From: an uncultured Acidobacteriota bacterium
Lineage (GTDB): Bacteria > Acidobacteriota > UBA6911
DNA length: 64,000 nt
Reading direction: 5' to 3'
Assembly: GCA_963827655.1 (NCBI GenBank)
Contig: CAWHCF010000007.1
Span: 29,376-93,375 of the forward strand
Part shown: positions 1 to 11,088 of the stretch, one piece after another
Numbering within the stretch: the stretch's first letter is position 1
Layout: each line of letters starts with the position of its first letter
Translations under genes and position numbers: made by a program
The notes under the pieces: model-generated
Told to the model about the DNA's origin: nothing
Database searches by the model: none
Seen by the model: the letters and a program-made list of their open reading frames with translations, nothing else

Positions 1-2679
1 ACGGCCAACTACACCCTCGCTCTGGGACAGACTGTCACGGCGGTGACAGTCCCGGAATTCGAAGAGGTGATCACGGTGACATCGGAGGCACCGCTGATCG
101 AAACCTCGCGTGTGGAGACTAGCACGCTGGTCAACGCAAGGTCGGTTGACAATCTCCCACTCAATGGCCGGCGCTTTCTCGATCTGGCGTTCCTCACGCC
201 TACCACGGGTCAGGAACGGGAGCGGGGGCAGCTTTCGCTTGCGGGACAGCGCGGGATCAACAGCAACATCAACATCGATGGCGCTGACTTCAACCAGCCG
301 TTCTTCGGGGGGCAGCGCGGGGGGGAGCGTACGGACGATGCCTTCGTCATCAGCCAGGAAGCAATCCGCGAGTTCCAGGTCATCCGCGCAGGTTTTTCGC
401 CAGAGTTCGGACGTTCGTCGGGAGGCGTCGTGAACGCGATTACGAAGTCGGGCGCCAACGACTGGCATGGGGGGGGATTCTATTACCTGCGCCACCGGGA
501 GTTCGCCCCCCGAACGGTCTTCGGCGACGACGTGGCTCCGGTGCGCCAGCAATTTGGCGGCACCTTGGGAGGTCCCATCCGCAGGGACAAGACTTTCTTT
601 TTCGCTGCCTATGACCAGCAGGCTCAGCATCAAGCTCTGGTGGTGCGCTTCAACAATACTGCCGGACTGCCAGCGGACCTTCTTGCCCGGCAGGGGGTCT
701 TCGAATCCACCAACGACGTCCATACGCTTCTCGCCCGAATCGATCACCAGGCAACGAACAACACCCGGATCACCGGGCGCTACAGCTTCAGCCGCAATCA
801 CGCGCTGAACGGAACGTTCACGGGCGTTACCACAGGGGTGCTCGACAACAACGGCACCGAGCGGGACCTCACCCACACGGGAGTATTCAACGTCAACACG
901 CTCCTTTCGGCACGGGCGTCGAATGAGTTCCGCTGGCAGTATTCCTATGAGGAGCGGCCGCGCCTGAATAACGGCGAAGGCAGTGACTTCACGCCCACAC
1001 TGGGCCCGCAGGTCCAGGTTTCCGGATGTTGCTTCCTTGGTGGAGTTTCTTTCCTGCCCACCGTCCAGGACGACTCCCGGCTGCAATTCGCCAACAACTT
1101 TTCGTATCTCAGGGGCGCTCACAACTTCAAGGTAGGCTTCGACTGGAACCGGGCTCACACCGACCAGATCTTTCGCTCGAACTGGCGGGGAGTCTATATT
1201 TTCAATACCATCGCAAACTATCTGGATAACCTGAACCGCGTGCCAGGGGCTGCTGCCGACCAGTTTCGCGTTTTCTTCGGTCCCGGGACTTTCGATGCCA
1301 ATCAGCACGACGTCGCCGGGTTCTTCCAGGACACATGGAGGGTTCACCCACGACTCACGGTGATGGGAGGGCTGCGTTACGAGGCGGAGTTGAATCCACA
1401 GCCCGTGAAACCCAATCCTCTGCTCCCCGAGACGGCTCGTATCCCGAGTGACAAAAAAGAGTGGCAGCCGCGCCTGGGGCTGAGCTGGGATCTGTTCGGC
1501 GACAGCAAAACCGTATTCCGGGCTTCGTCGGGCCTCTTCTACGCTAGGACGCCGATGCTGCTCTTGAATCAGGCATTCAACGCGAACGGAAACCCTGATG
1601 TCGGAGTGAGCTTTACCCTGAATGCCACTCAGATCAGGCAGGCGCGCACCGTCCGTCCGGAGTTCGTCTTCCCCTTCGTCCCTGATACGTCAAGCGCGGC
1701 GAACGCTTCGTTTTTCACAGCTGCCGGCATCGCGGGCCTCAGGCCTGATGCCTCCTTCTTCGCCTCCGACTTCAGAAACCCCCGCACGTTCGGGGCAACG
1801 CTCGGGCTCGAGCGTCTCGTGGCGCCGGACCTCGCGCTTGCGCTCGAGTGGATACACTCGAACACCGTGCAGCTTGAACGGATTCGCGACGTTAACCTGG
1901 CTCGACCAGACATGGGTCTGGACAACTCCTCGCCGCCGGTCTTGCGGCCACTGTATAACGTATCCCTGCGCCCGAACCCCAACTTCAATATCCTGCGCAG
2001 CCAGGAAAGCAGCGCCCGTTCCAACTATGACGCCCTGACCCTTTCGCTCAACAGGCGTTACGCAAAAGGGTACCAGTTCCTCACCTCGTACACTCTAGCC
2101 TATAACCGGGACGACGACTCGAACGAGCGCAACTTCGCCGGCATCACGTACGAGGACGCCTTCAACATCAGAGAAGAGTACCGGTGGAGCCGCAATGACA
2201 TTCGCCACCGCTGGGTGTTCAGCGGCATCTATGACTTGCCGTTCGGAATCCTTTCCTCGGGCATTCTGACCTACAGCTCCGGACTTCCGTTTAGCGCCTT
2301 CACCGGCACAGACAGCAACCGAGATTCTCAGTTCACGGATAAACCGATCATAAGCGGGACATCGCTGTTGCGTAACGCGTTTCGGCAGCCAAATTTCTTC
2401 AATGTTGATCTGCGGGTTTCGCGGTCCTTCAAGGTTCGCGACCAGAGCGCCCTCGAACTGATTTTCGACATGTTCAACGTCCTGAATCATCGTAATTTCT
2501 TTTACCGCGTCTCCACTAACGAAAGCAGTACGGCAGCTCTGGGCTCGGTCTGGGGTCCTGGCCAGAGCCCACTCGCTACCTTCCGGACAATCCGCTCCCC
2601 GGACGGCACTTTCAACAGCGACACTGCCGGTGTCGCTTCCCCGTTCCAGCTGCAGGCGGCGCTTAGATACCGCTTCTGA
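1..2679 (+). CDS. TonB-dependent receptor (acidobacterial type), 5'-truncated by the window edge
   Basis: Frame open from base 1. Plug motifs LPLNGRRFLDL, NIDGAD, AIREFQV and GGVVNAITKSG; C-terminal QAALRYRF beta-signal. Confidence 0.93.
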   Translation, partial: TANYTLALGQTVTAVTVPEFEEVITVTSEAPLIETSRVETSTLVNARSVDNLPLNGRRFLDLAFLTPTTGQERERGQLSLAGQRGINSNINIDGADFNQPFFGGQRGGERTDDAFVISQEAIREFQVIRAGFSPEFGRSSGGVVNAITKSGANDWHGGGFYYLRHREFAPRTVFGDDVAPVRQQFGGTLGGPIRRDKTFFFAAYDQQAQHQALVVRFNNTAGLPADLLARQGVFESTNDVHTLLARIDHQATNNTRITGRYSFSRNHALNGTFTGVTTGVLDNNGTERDLTHTGVFNVNTLLSARASNEFRWQYSYEERPRLNNGEGSDFTPTLGPQVQVSGCCFLGGVSFLPTVQDDSRLQFANNFSYLRGAHNFKVGFDWNRAHTDQIFRSNWRGVYIFNTIANYLDNLNRVPGAAADQFRVFFGPGTFDANQHDVAGFFQDTWRVHPRLTVMGGLRYEAELNPQPVKPNPLLPETARIPSDKKEWQPRLGLSWDLFGDSKTVFRASSGLFYARTPMLLLNQAFNANGNPDVGVSFTLNATQIRQARTVRPEFVFPFVPDTSSAANASFFTAAGIAGLRPDASFFASDFRNPRTFGATLGLERLVAPDLALALEWIHSNTVQLERIRDVNLARPDMGLDNSSPPVLRPLYNVSLRPNPNFNILRSQESSARSNYDALTLSLNRRYAKGYQFLTSYTLAYNRDDDSNERNFAGITYEDAFNIREEYRWSRNDIRHRWVFSGIYDLPFGILSSGILTYSSGLPFSAFTGTDSNRDSQFTDKPIISGTSLLRNAFRQPNFFNVDLRVSRSFKVRDQSALELIFDMFNVLNHRNFFYRVSTNESSTAALGSVWGPGQSPLATFRTIRSPDGTFNSDTAGVASPFQLQAALRYRF

Positions 2680-2875
2680 CGACCTAACCATTCGCAGCCG
2701 TCCGGTCAACCCGCAAGTCCCCAGAAACGAATTGATTGAAATCGTCGGGCCTGGAGTAGAGTAATAATTCCTGATTGTTCGCTACGACCATGTGTGTGGA
2801 ATTCCGCCGCTGTGCTTAAGCGGGTCGACTTGATTTAGAGTCAGACAGCCGAAAAGCAATCAAGGACGAGCGAGA

Positions 2876-3016
2876 ATGGCCGACCTGAGCGAACAAGTTG
2901 CGCTCTTGACTGGTGCCAGCCGTGGGGTAGGGCGAGGTGTAGCTCTCGGTCTTGCCAACGCCGGTGCGACTGTTTTCGCGACTGGTCGAGGCATCAAGCA
3001 AGCGACATCGGTGTAA
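2876..3016 (+). pseudogene. SDR oxidoreductase N-terminal fragment (46 aa)
   Basis: Hand translation MADLSEQVALLTGASRGVGRGVALGLANAGATVFATGR... has the TGxxxGxG Rossmann motif; AAGGA upstream; stops at 3014-3016. Confidence 0.8.
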
Positions 3017-3099
3017 GGAAAGCCGAGCTTGTCTCTTATGAATGCGCGCAGCGCTTCCGGTTCGGAAGAGTAGAACATCGTATGGACGCCTTTGATCAC
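3003..3099 (-). pseudogene. VOC/glyoxalase-family N-terminal fragment
   Basis: MIKGVHTMFYSSEPEALRAFIRDKLGFPYTDV after an AGGAGG RBS; family-like sequence ends at ~3003, where it meets the SDR fragment. Confidence 0.7.
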
Positions 3100-3273
3100 C
3101 TCAACCTCCTTTTTGCACTCTCCGTCAAGATGCTTCGCGTTTCCTGGTGTCTTCGAGTCTTCGCGGTTAGTCGAAAATGCCGCCTATAATGACACAAAAA
3201 AACGCGCAGAAACCAGCCCACCAACCATCCTGACTCGTGATACCATAACAGCCAACCGTCTGAAGGGGCCGCA

Positions 3274-5263
3274 ATGAACATTTACCGGTTTGCAATTGCC
3301 CTCGCTACTCGTCTTCACGTCGAGCGCCGCATCGGCAAGTCCGTCCGCCGATCGCCCGGTCGCCGAGTGGGTCCTGAGGCTGGGAGGAAGTGTCGTCGTA
3401 GAGGGCGGGCGCAACCCGATCTGGGACGTGGCCGGCTTGCCCGCCGGCGAGTTCCGGCTGCACGCGGTCAATCTGGTCGGTGTGGTTACAGAGCCGCGCG
3501 AACTGGCCCGTCTGGGCGAGATAGTTCACCTCAAGGAGCTGTATCTCAGCGGCCGATTCTGGCACAACGTCCCGGCCCGGCAGTGCGCAGAATCTTTGCG
3601 CCCGCTGGAGGCGCTCACGAATCTGGAGAAGCTTTTCATCAGCTTGCCGGTTCAGACCGACATTCCGATCGAGGACGACGGGATTGCGCACCTGGCCGGG
3701 ATGCAAAATCTCAGAGAACTGGGCCTCGATCGGCTTAAAGTAACCGGAAGGACGCTCGGTCCCCTCAAGCAACTCCGGTTCCTCGACCTCAGCAACACCC
3801 GCCTGGACGACGAAGGGATCAAGAACCTGGAAGGAATGACCTACCTGACCAAGCTTTACCTGCGCGATACACTCATCACCGATAAGGGGCTCGAGGCGCT
3901 GCGCGGACTTCATAACCTGGAAGAGCTCGATCTTAACGGGACGCGGATCAGCGATGAAGGGCTTCGGCATCTCGCGGGGCTGACCCGATTGACGAAACTA
4001 AAGCTGTTAGGCGCCGCGCTGACTGACGCCGGGCTCGACTTTGCGACGGGTATGACCGGACTGCGCGAGCTTAATCTTTACCGAACCCGGATAACCAACG
4101 CAGGCCTGGAGAAGCTGAAATCCTTCAACCAGCTTCAGGAGATCGACGTGAGGTATACCCTGGCGACCCGCGGCGGAGTCGCTTCGCTGCACGAGGCGCT
4201 GCCGCAGTGCCGGGTTACTTTTTTCGATTCCTCCGGAGGCCTGGCAGCACGCCAACACTCTGTCCCCGCCGGCAGCGGAACGAAGGCACTTCCGCAATGG
4301 GTGCAATCGATGGGCGGCGTGGTCACTTCGGCGGGCGGGCGGATCCAGGAGATCTCACTCCGGTCCACGGCGGTCTCCGATGCGGACCTGGCAAATCTCG
4401 CCGCTCTTCGCGGGCTCGAGCGCCTGGATCTCCAGGCCACTGAAATCAGTGACGTGGGAATGCAGCATCTGTCCGGGCTCGAGGCGCTCGTCGCGCTCAA
4501 TCTCAACAATACGATGGTCTCGGACGCCGGCCTCGCTCACCTGGGAAGGCTCAAGCGGCTGCGCACCCTTAGCCTGGATCATACCCGGGTGGTTGGATCC
4601 GGGCTGGCACATCTACGGGGGTTGAACGGCCTCGAGGAACTATCCCTGTCCGGGACTGCCGTAAATGGTCCCGGGCTAACTCACCTGGCTGCGCTCACCA
4701 GTCTCAAGCGGCTTTCGCTCGGTCACTCCGAGCTGACTGATGACGGTCTCGCCCCGCTGGCCCATCTGAGCAACCTGCAGGCACTCGATCTTGCCGGAAG
4801 CGATATGGGCGACGCCGGGCTCGCGCACCTTCAGTCGCTGGTCGGTCTCACCGAGCTTTCGCTCAGCCACGGACGCTTTACCGACCGCGGGCTGCAACAC
4901 CTGGCCGGCCTCGCCAGCCTCGCTCGCCTGGCTCTGGTAAGGACCCGGGTCAGCGACGCCGGTCTGGAAACCCTCGGTGGTTTGAGAAATCTCACCAGCC
5001 TGAACCTCGATTACACCGCCGTCACCGACAAAGGGCTGGCTCACCTCGGCGCGCTCGATCGATTGGAGGAACTGGGGCTCGATAGCGCCGCCATTACCGA
5101 CGCCGGAGTCGATTCGCTCAAGCGGCTTGCGAACTTGAAGCGGCTGAATCTCTACCATACGCTGGTCTCAGACAATGGCTACCGGGACCTGAAAGGCGCG
5201 TTGCCGAACTGCCGGATCGTGTGGGACCGCGATTCGAGTCTCCCCAACCGTCGCGGGAGTTAA
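3274..5263 (+). CDS. Secreted leucine-rich-repeat protein (two ~24-aa LRR modules)
   Basis: Many LxxLxLxxTxITDxGLxxL repeats and two WVxxxGGxV caps. ATG 3274 has an RBS (GAAGGGG) and probably joins the 3290 frame through a 1-nt indel near 3300 to give a signal peptide. Confidence 0.85.
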
Positions 5264-5266
5264 TTT

Positions 5267-8200
5267 TTGATGGTGCGCACGATTGTTCTTTTGATCGGGT
5301 TGTTCACGGCCACGGAAGTCGACGTTGCCGACTGGGTGACGAGTCGTGGCGGCGAGGTCATCGACGACCGGAATGCCGGCATCATCGGCGTCAGTCTCCG
5401 CGCCAGCTGGATCACCGATGGGGACCTCGAAGTCATCGCTCGCCTCCCCCATCTCAGGACGCTGGATCTTTCCCTGACGCAGATCACGGATCTCGGCATG
5501 GAGCGGCTGAAAAACCTGCAAGAAGTTTCTCACCTGAATCTGTACCACGCCGAGCTCATTACCGACACGGCCGTTGCTCACCTCAGGGGGTGGCGCAGGC
5601 TGGAGCGTCTGAACTTGAGAGGGACGGACGTCACCGACACGAGCCTCGAGTACGTCGCGAGCTTCACGAATCTGAAAGCGCTGGACGTCAGTTTCACGCA
5701 GGTAACGAACAATGGCATTGAACACCTGGGCGCCCTGGTCGAACTTCAAGAAATCGCGCTCGGCGGCAACAAGGTCACTGGCGCCGGATTGCAGGTTCTG
5801 CGCGTCCTTCCCAAGCTCACGAAACTAAGTCTCAACGGCACCCAAAAAAGAAACTCAGGATTCTGGTCGGTTTCACTGACCGATTTCGATCTGGACGTGA
5901 TCACTGCTTTCGTCCGCCTTGAGGACCTCGATTTGGGCGGCACGAAGATCACGGATCCCGGCCTGGGCAAGCTCAAGACCCTGCCGGGACTGCGGGTGCT
6001 CGATTTGAGCCGGACCCAGATTTCAGGCAAGGGAATCGAGCAACTAGCCGCTCTTCCCAACCTGGAGCGGCTGAACCTCTGGCAGGCAAAACGGATCGAC
6101 GACGCTGCGGCCGCTCCGCTCGCGGCGTTGCCCAGGCTCGCCATACTGGACCTTGCCGGAACGGCTATTTCCGACACCGGCCTGGAAAAACTCCATGCGC
6201 TAAAATCGTTGCGCAAGCTGTTCGTTGGGGGCACCCAGGTGACGGCTGCCGGCGTGGAAGCCTTCAAACGAGCGCATCCAACCTGTGAAGTCAGCGCGCA
6301 GGTTCAGAATCAAGACGGGAAACACACAATGAAATGGGGTGTCCATCTTTCGGTCGCCCTGATAGGCCTGCTAGGCGCCTGGGCGCGACCCAACCCTCAG
6401 CTGGAGCCGGGCTTTTTCTCGAAGAATCTCTATCCCATTTTCGAGAAGGCGAACTGCCGCACATGCCACTCGGAGGATGGTATCGGATCCGCTACACGCC
6501 TCCAGTTTCCGCCCGACTCGGCCGCGCCGGACGATATTGAGGCTTTCGGCCACAGGCTCGTCGCTCTCGTGGATCGGACCAATCCTGAAAAATCACTCCT
6601 GCGCAACAAGCCGACCAACCGTGAGAAACACACGGGCGGGAAAGTCATCGCTCCCGGAAGCGAAGAAGAGCGAGTCCTTTTCACCTGGGTCGATTACCTT
6701 GCGCGTCTCGATCCGGCGCAGGCGGCCGCCGTTTCCAAGCAGCGGGACCCGACGCCTCCCCAGCCGAAGCTCCATTCCATGCGGAGGCTCACCCACAGCC
6801 AATACAACAAGACCGTCCGGGATCTTCTAGGGGACCAGACGGAGCCAGCCGACCATTTCCCGTCCGAGGACTTCGTCCATGGCTTCAAGAATCACGCCGA
6901 GTCGCAGCGGATTCCGCCTCTGCTGGCGGAAGCATATAGCGTGGCGGCCGAGAGGTTGGCCCGCAACGCCTTCAGAGGCGGCGACGTCAATCGGTTGATT
7001 CCGTGCCGTCCGTCTTATGCGACCGATAGCAGTTGCGGCGCTCAGTTCATCCGCCGCTTCGGTCTAAGAGCTTATCGCCGCCCGCTGACCGAAAAGGAAT
7101 TCCAGCGCCTGGCGGACATTTTCGCCCAGGAGACCGCGCGCACCGGGGAATTCCTGAAAGGCGCCCAGCTTGTCGTCGAAACCATGCTGCAGTCGCCGAA
7201 TTTTCTGTTCCGGACCGAACGGGATGCGCCGGGTCTCGAAGGCTACTACATGGCGAGCCGCCTTTCGTATTTCCTCTGGGACAGCATGCCGGACGATGAG
7301 CTGTTCGCGAGTGCAGCTTCGGGTGAGCTGCTCTCGCCCGCAGGAGTGGAAAAGGCCGCGCGGCGGTTGCTCGCCGATTCCCGGGCGCGCGCCGGGCTGG
7401 ACGAATTCACATCGCAGTGGCTGCGCTTCGACCTCGTCCTGAATACGGTAAAGGACCGCCGGCTCTACCCGCAGTTTACGCCCGAACTGGCGCTCGCCAT
7501 GACGGAAGAGACGAAACTGCTGGTCCACCATCTGGTTTGGAACGATCTGAATTTCATGGAGCTGTTTACTGCCGGTTATGCGTTCGTTAATTCGGAGCTG
7601 GCGTCGCTCTATGGAGCGCCGCCGCCCGAAACCGAGTTCGGACGGGTCGATTTCGGCTCCGGATCCGATCGAGCGGGAATTCTCGGGTCGGGCGCGTTTC
7701 TGGCGGCGACCAGCAAACCCGAGGACACGTCGCCGACTGCACGCGGTCTTTTCGTGCGCGAGCATTTCCTTTGCCAGCGCATACCCGATCCTCCGCCGGG
7801 CACTAACAGCAACTTGCCTCCGATCAGCGAATCAAAGCCGCAGACCAATCGGGAGCGATTGCAGGTCCACATGGCCAACCCAAGCTGCGTCTCATGCCAT
7901 AGCCTCATCGACCCGATCGGAGTCGGCCTGGAGAAGTTCGACGCGATCGGAAAACGGCGGGAAAAGCAGCTGCTGCAGTTCATACCGGATGCGGTGCTGG
8001 AGAGGCGCAGCGAACAAAGGAAGACGATGGAGCTGCCGCTGGAAACGGGCAGCAGCGTGACCGGGATTCCCGATTCCGATTTTTCGTCGCCCAGGGAACT
8101 GGGTAAAGTGCTCTCCGCCAGCCCCGCCTGCCAGGAATGCGTGGTGAAACAGCTCTTCCGATACGCCCTGGGCCGGCAGGAGACCCCCGACGACACCACG

Positions 8201-8305
8201 ACCATCAAGCAGGTGTGGGCGGCATTTCGGGACTCGCAATTTCGCTTCAAGGAGCTTATGATCTTGCTCGTGAAGACTCCTCAATTTCGCCTGGGAGGGA
8301 GTTAA
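5267..8305 (+). CDS. LRR domain fused to a c-type cytochrome / DUF1592-family (PSD/PSCyt) protein
   Basis: First ~345 aa are LRRs. Then [58 protein letters not shown] and CVSCH...DPIG...FDAIG motifs. Confidence 0.88.
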   Translation: MMVRTIVLLIGLFTATEVDVADWVTSRGGEVIDDRNAGIIGVSLRASWITDGDLEVIARLPHLRTLDLSLTQITDLGMERLKNLQEVSHLNLYHAELITDTAVAHLRGWRRLERLNLRGTDVTDTSLEYVASFTNLKALDVSFTQVTNNGIEHLGALVELQEIALGGNKVTGAGLQVLRVLPKLTKLSLNGTQKRNSGFWSVSLTDFDLDVITAFVRLEDLDLGGTKITDPGLGKLKTLPGLRVLDLSRTQISGKGIEQLAALPNLERLNLWQAKRIDDAAAAPLAALPRLAILDLAGTAISDTGLEKLHALKSLRKLFVGGTQVTAAGVEAFKRAHPTCEVSAQVQNQDGKHTMKWGVHLSVALIGLLGAWARPNPQLEPGFFSKNLYPIFEKANCRTCHSEDGIGSATRLQFPPDSAAPDDIEAFGHRLVALVDRTNPEKSLLRNKPTNREKHTGGKVIAPGSEEERVLFTWVDYLARLDPAQAAAVSKQRDPTPPQPKLHSMRRLTHSQYNKTVRDLLGDQTEPADHFPSEDFVHGFKNHAESQRIPPLLAEAYSVAAERLARNAFRGGDVNRLIPCRPSYATDSSCGAQFIRRFGLRAYRRPLTEKEFQRLADIFAQETARTGEFLKGAQLVVETMLQSPNFLFRTERDAPGLEGYYMASRLSYFLWDSMPDDELFASAASGELLSPAGVEKAARRLLADSRARAGLDEFTSQWLRFDLVLNTVKDRRLYPQFTPELALAMTEETKLLVHHLVWNDLNFMELFTAGYAFVNSELASLYGAPPPETEFGRVDFGSGSDRAGILGSGAFLAATSKPEDTSPTARGLFVREHFLCQRIPDPPPGTNSNLPPISESKPQTNRERLQVHMANPSCVSCHSLIDPIGVGLEKFDAIGKRREKQLLQFIPDAVLERRSEQRKTMELPLETGSSVTGIPDSDFSSPRELGKVLSASPACQECVVKQLFRYALGRQETPDDTTTIKQVWAAFRDSQFRFKELMILLVKTPQFRLGGS

Positions 8306-8309
8306 AGCC

Positions 8310-9633
8310 ATGCGCGTTCATCTGTCACGCAGGACGTTTTTGAAAGGGATCAGCCTGTCGGGCGTCGCCGTCCAGGTCGGACTGCCCCCGCTGGAGGCCA
8401 TGTTCAACTCCAACGGGACTGCGCTTGCCGAGCGCGATGCCGCGGGCAAGCCGATCGAGTCCGAAGTCGAGTCGCGATTCGTGCTCTGGTTCAATGGCAA
8501 TGGAATTCCCGAGAGTCACTGGATTCCGAACGCGACCGGACCGGACTACAAGTTCACTCCGTGCCTGACTCCGCTCGCCCCGTGGCGCAACGACATCCAC
8601 GTGGTTTCAGGGCTGGACAATCCTGCCGCTCGCCTTCCCGGGCCGGGCAACGACCACCATCGCGCCATGAGCTCCCTTGTCTCCGGCACGTCCTTTACCG
8701 GACGAGGCGCCGGGGGGCCATCCATCGATCAGCTAATTGCAGCCAGGATCGGAGGAAAGTCGCGCTTCCGTTCGCTCCAGATCGGCGTGTGCCAGGAATC
8801 GCACGGCGACAGCATCCACAGGAACATGAGCTGGGCAGGCTACGACCGCGCTCTTCCTCCGGAACTGGTCCCGCAGAATCTCTTCAACCGGATTTTCGGA
8901 GCTCAAGGAAGAAAGCTGGGTCCGCCGCAAGAAAAGCATTCTGGACGCCGTCGGCGACGAGGCCGCGGAGCTCCAATCGGAACTCGGCACCAATGATCGC
9001 GCGCGGCTGGACGAGCACCTGACGTCGATCCGGGAGCTCGAACACGCGATCGCCAGTCTGCCTCCGGAGTATAGCAAGATTGAGGAACCGGAGAGCGGCG
9101 GCGATCCGAAAGACTATCCACGCATTGCCAAGATCCAGACCGACCTGCTGGTCCACGCTTTAGCTACTGGGCAGACCCGCGTCGCAACCTACATGCTGAC
9201 CAAGTGCCAGAGTCTGGTCCGGCTGCCGTGGCTGGGATACACAGCATTGAGGCACCACGACTATACCCATACCAAAGCCGATTCGCCCGAGGGGCAGCGC
9301 ATCCTGCGCGACATTTGCCGCTGGCACGTGTCGGAGTTTGCCTACCTGGTCGCGAAGCTCAAGTCCGTCCCGGAGGGGGATGGAACACTGCTAGATCACT
9401 GCTGCCTCCTCTTCGTTCATGAGCATGCGGAGGCGAACCCTCACAAGAATAACGGACTGGCGGCCATCGTGGCGGGGCACACTGGCGGGCTGGTTACCGG
9501 AACCCACACGAAGGTTACGGGCAAGATGGGCGATCTCTTCCTGACCGTCGCCAACGATGTCATGAAAGCCGGCCTCGACGGATTCCCGACTGCCGACAGG
9601 GCGCTGGGTGAAATAGTTCGCGCCCAGAGCTGA
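8310..9633 (+). CDS. DUF1552 (HXXSHH-family) Tat-exported protein, one frameshift near 8904
   Basis: SRRTFLKG Tat signal; LPPLEAM, SIDQLIA and SLQIG; continues in another frame [16 protein letters not shown]...DGTLLDH. Confidence 0.85.
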
Positions 9634-9736
9634 CTCGAAATCCTGCGCGCCCCGGGTTTTTGCGTAGTTGGGGTTGCCGCGCTCGATGATTGGGTTGCGG
9701 CTTTTCTTCTGCCACAATCGGTTTCAAACCCTTATT

Positions 9737-10471
9737 ATGAAAAAGAAGACGGCAATGGCGTTTGGGCTGTCGCTCCTTTTCGTCCCTGGTTCCGTCTGGC
9801 AGACTCCATCTGGTAGCCAGGAACAAGGGCAGACTTCTCCCCTCACAACCAAGTTTCAGTTCGCTCGCGTGCAATTCAATTCCCCCATGGGTCGCCGGTC
9901 GGCGGGGTGGGCGCATGACTATCCGCGGGCCGATCGACACTTTCTCACCATCCTGGCCGAGGTGACCAAGGTACAGACGACTCCAGACTCCTATGTCATC
10001 GTGAGGCTGGATGATCCGGCCCTCATGCGATACCCGGCGCTCTATTTCAGCGAGCCCGGCACCTGGGCCATCACACCAGAGGAGGCCAGGAATCTGCGCG
10101 AATACTTTCTACGGGGAGGCTTCGCAATCTTTGACGACTTTGACGGAGCTTACCAGTGGAACAATTTCCAGAACTGCATCAAGGAGGTGCTGCCGGAGTC
10201 TACGCTGCAAGTCTTGACCGTCGAACAGTCCGTGTTTCAATGCTTTTTCCAGATAAAAACGCTCGATATGGTTCCTCCCTACGATGTGGGTGACAAGCCC
10301 ATCTTCTACGGAATTTTCGATGAGAAGGAACGCCTTCAGGTAGTGGTCAATTTCAACAATGACATCGGGGATTACTGGGAGTGGTCGGACCATTCGCTCC
10401 ATCCGATCGACCATTCCAATGAAGGATACAAATTCGGCGTCAACTATGTCATCTACGCGATGACCCATTGA
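9737..10471 (+). CDS. DUF4159 domain protein
   Basis: WAHDYPRAD, NLREYFLRGGF..DDF, NNDIGDYWE and GVNYVIYAMTH; signal peptide from ATG 9737. Confidence 0.85.
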   Translation: MKKKTAMAFGLSLLFVPGSVWQTPSGSQEQGQTSPLTTKFQFARVQFNSPMGRRSAGWAHDYPRADRHFLTILAEVTKVQTTPDSYVIVRLDDPALMRYPALYFSEPGTWAITPEEARNLREYFLRGGFAIFDDFDGAYQWNNFQNCIKEVLPESTLQVLTVEQSVFQCFFQIKTLDMVPPYDVGDKPIFYGIFDEKERLQVVVNFNNDIGDYWEWSDHSLHPIDHSNEGYKFGVNYVIYAMTH

Positions 10472-10570
10472 GATCCCGCACGCAAATGAAGAATCTTCTC
10501 GCCCGAATAGACCGACTCCTGATCAAACCGAGACCCGGCCAAGCGCGGACTGGACTTTGCACCGTCTCTT

Positions 10571-10724
10571 TTGGAGTGCTCACAAGCTTGCTTGCGCCTT
10601 GTGTTGCGGCGGCTTGCCCGTCGCCAGCGCGGTGCCGGAGATGTTCTGAGCCCACTCCGCAGTGGCGAAGCTAGAGCTTCGCCAAACTCAAGCGCGTGAG
10701 CAAGTTCTGCAAGCCGTACACACT
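10571..10724. repeat. REP-like element (TTGGAGTGC..AAGCTTGCT family), degenerate
   Basis: Shares TTGGAGTGC, AAGCTTGCT and the TGGCGAAGCT..CTTCGCCA hairpin with 35538-35627. Confidence 0.5.
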
Positions 10725-10940
10725 ATCTTGACCAATGGCCGATAACGAATGGGTACGCCCAACGTCGCGCCCTGAAATGGCGAGTCTAATGAGACTGTGC
10801 AAGGACTACGCCCGGGCAGTGCGGCGACTAGCCGTCTGCTCCCGGCGATGCTCTATGCACCTCAAGGTTCAAAGGCATGCGACTACGTGATTCCGAGGCG
10901 CCGAGGCCCGTCGCCACAGCGTGCTCCAAAGCAATGTCTG

Positions 10941-11047
10941 CGCCCCTCCAGGGCGATCTGGGGCGCGAGGCTCATAATACCCGCCCCAAAACCCCGGGCA
11001 GCGCTTCGCTTGCTCCGGGGCTAATTTCCGCCGCCCCTCCGGGGCGG
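10941..11047. repeat. GC-rich REP-like triple hairpin between convergent genes
   Basis: CGCCCCTCC(A/G)GGGCG twice, flanking the hairpin CCCCGGGCAGCG-CTT-CGCTTGCTCCGGGG. Confidence 0.55.
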
Positions 11048-11088
11048 AATTGCCAAGACCGTAAGTCGCGTGTAAGGTTCAGAGCAAG

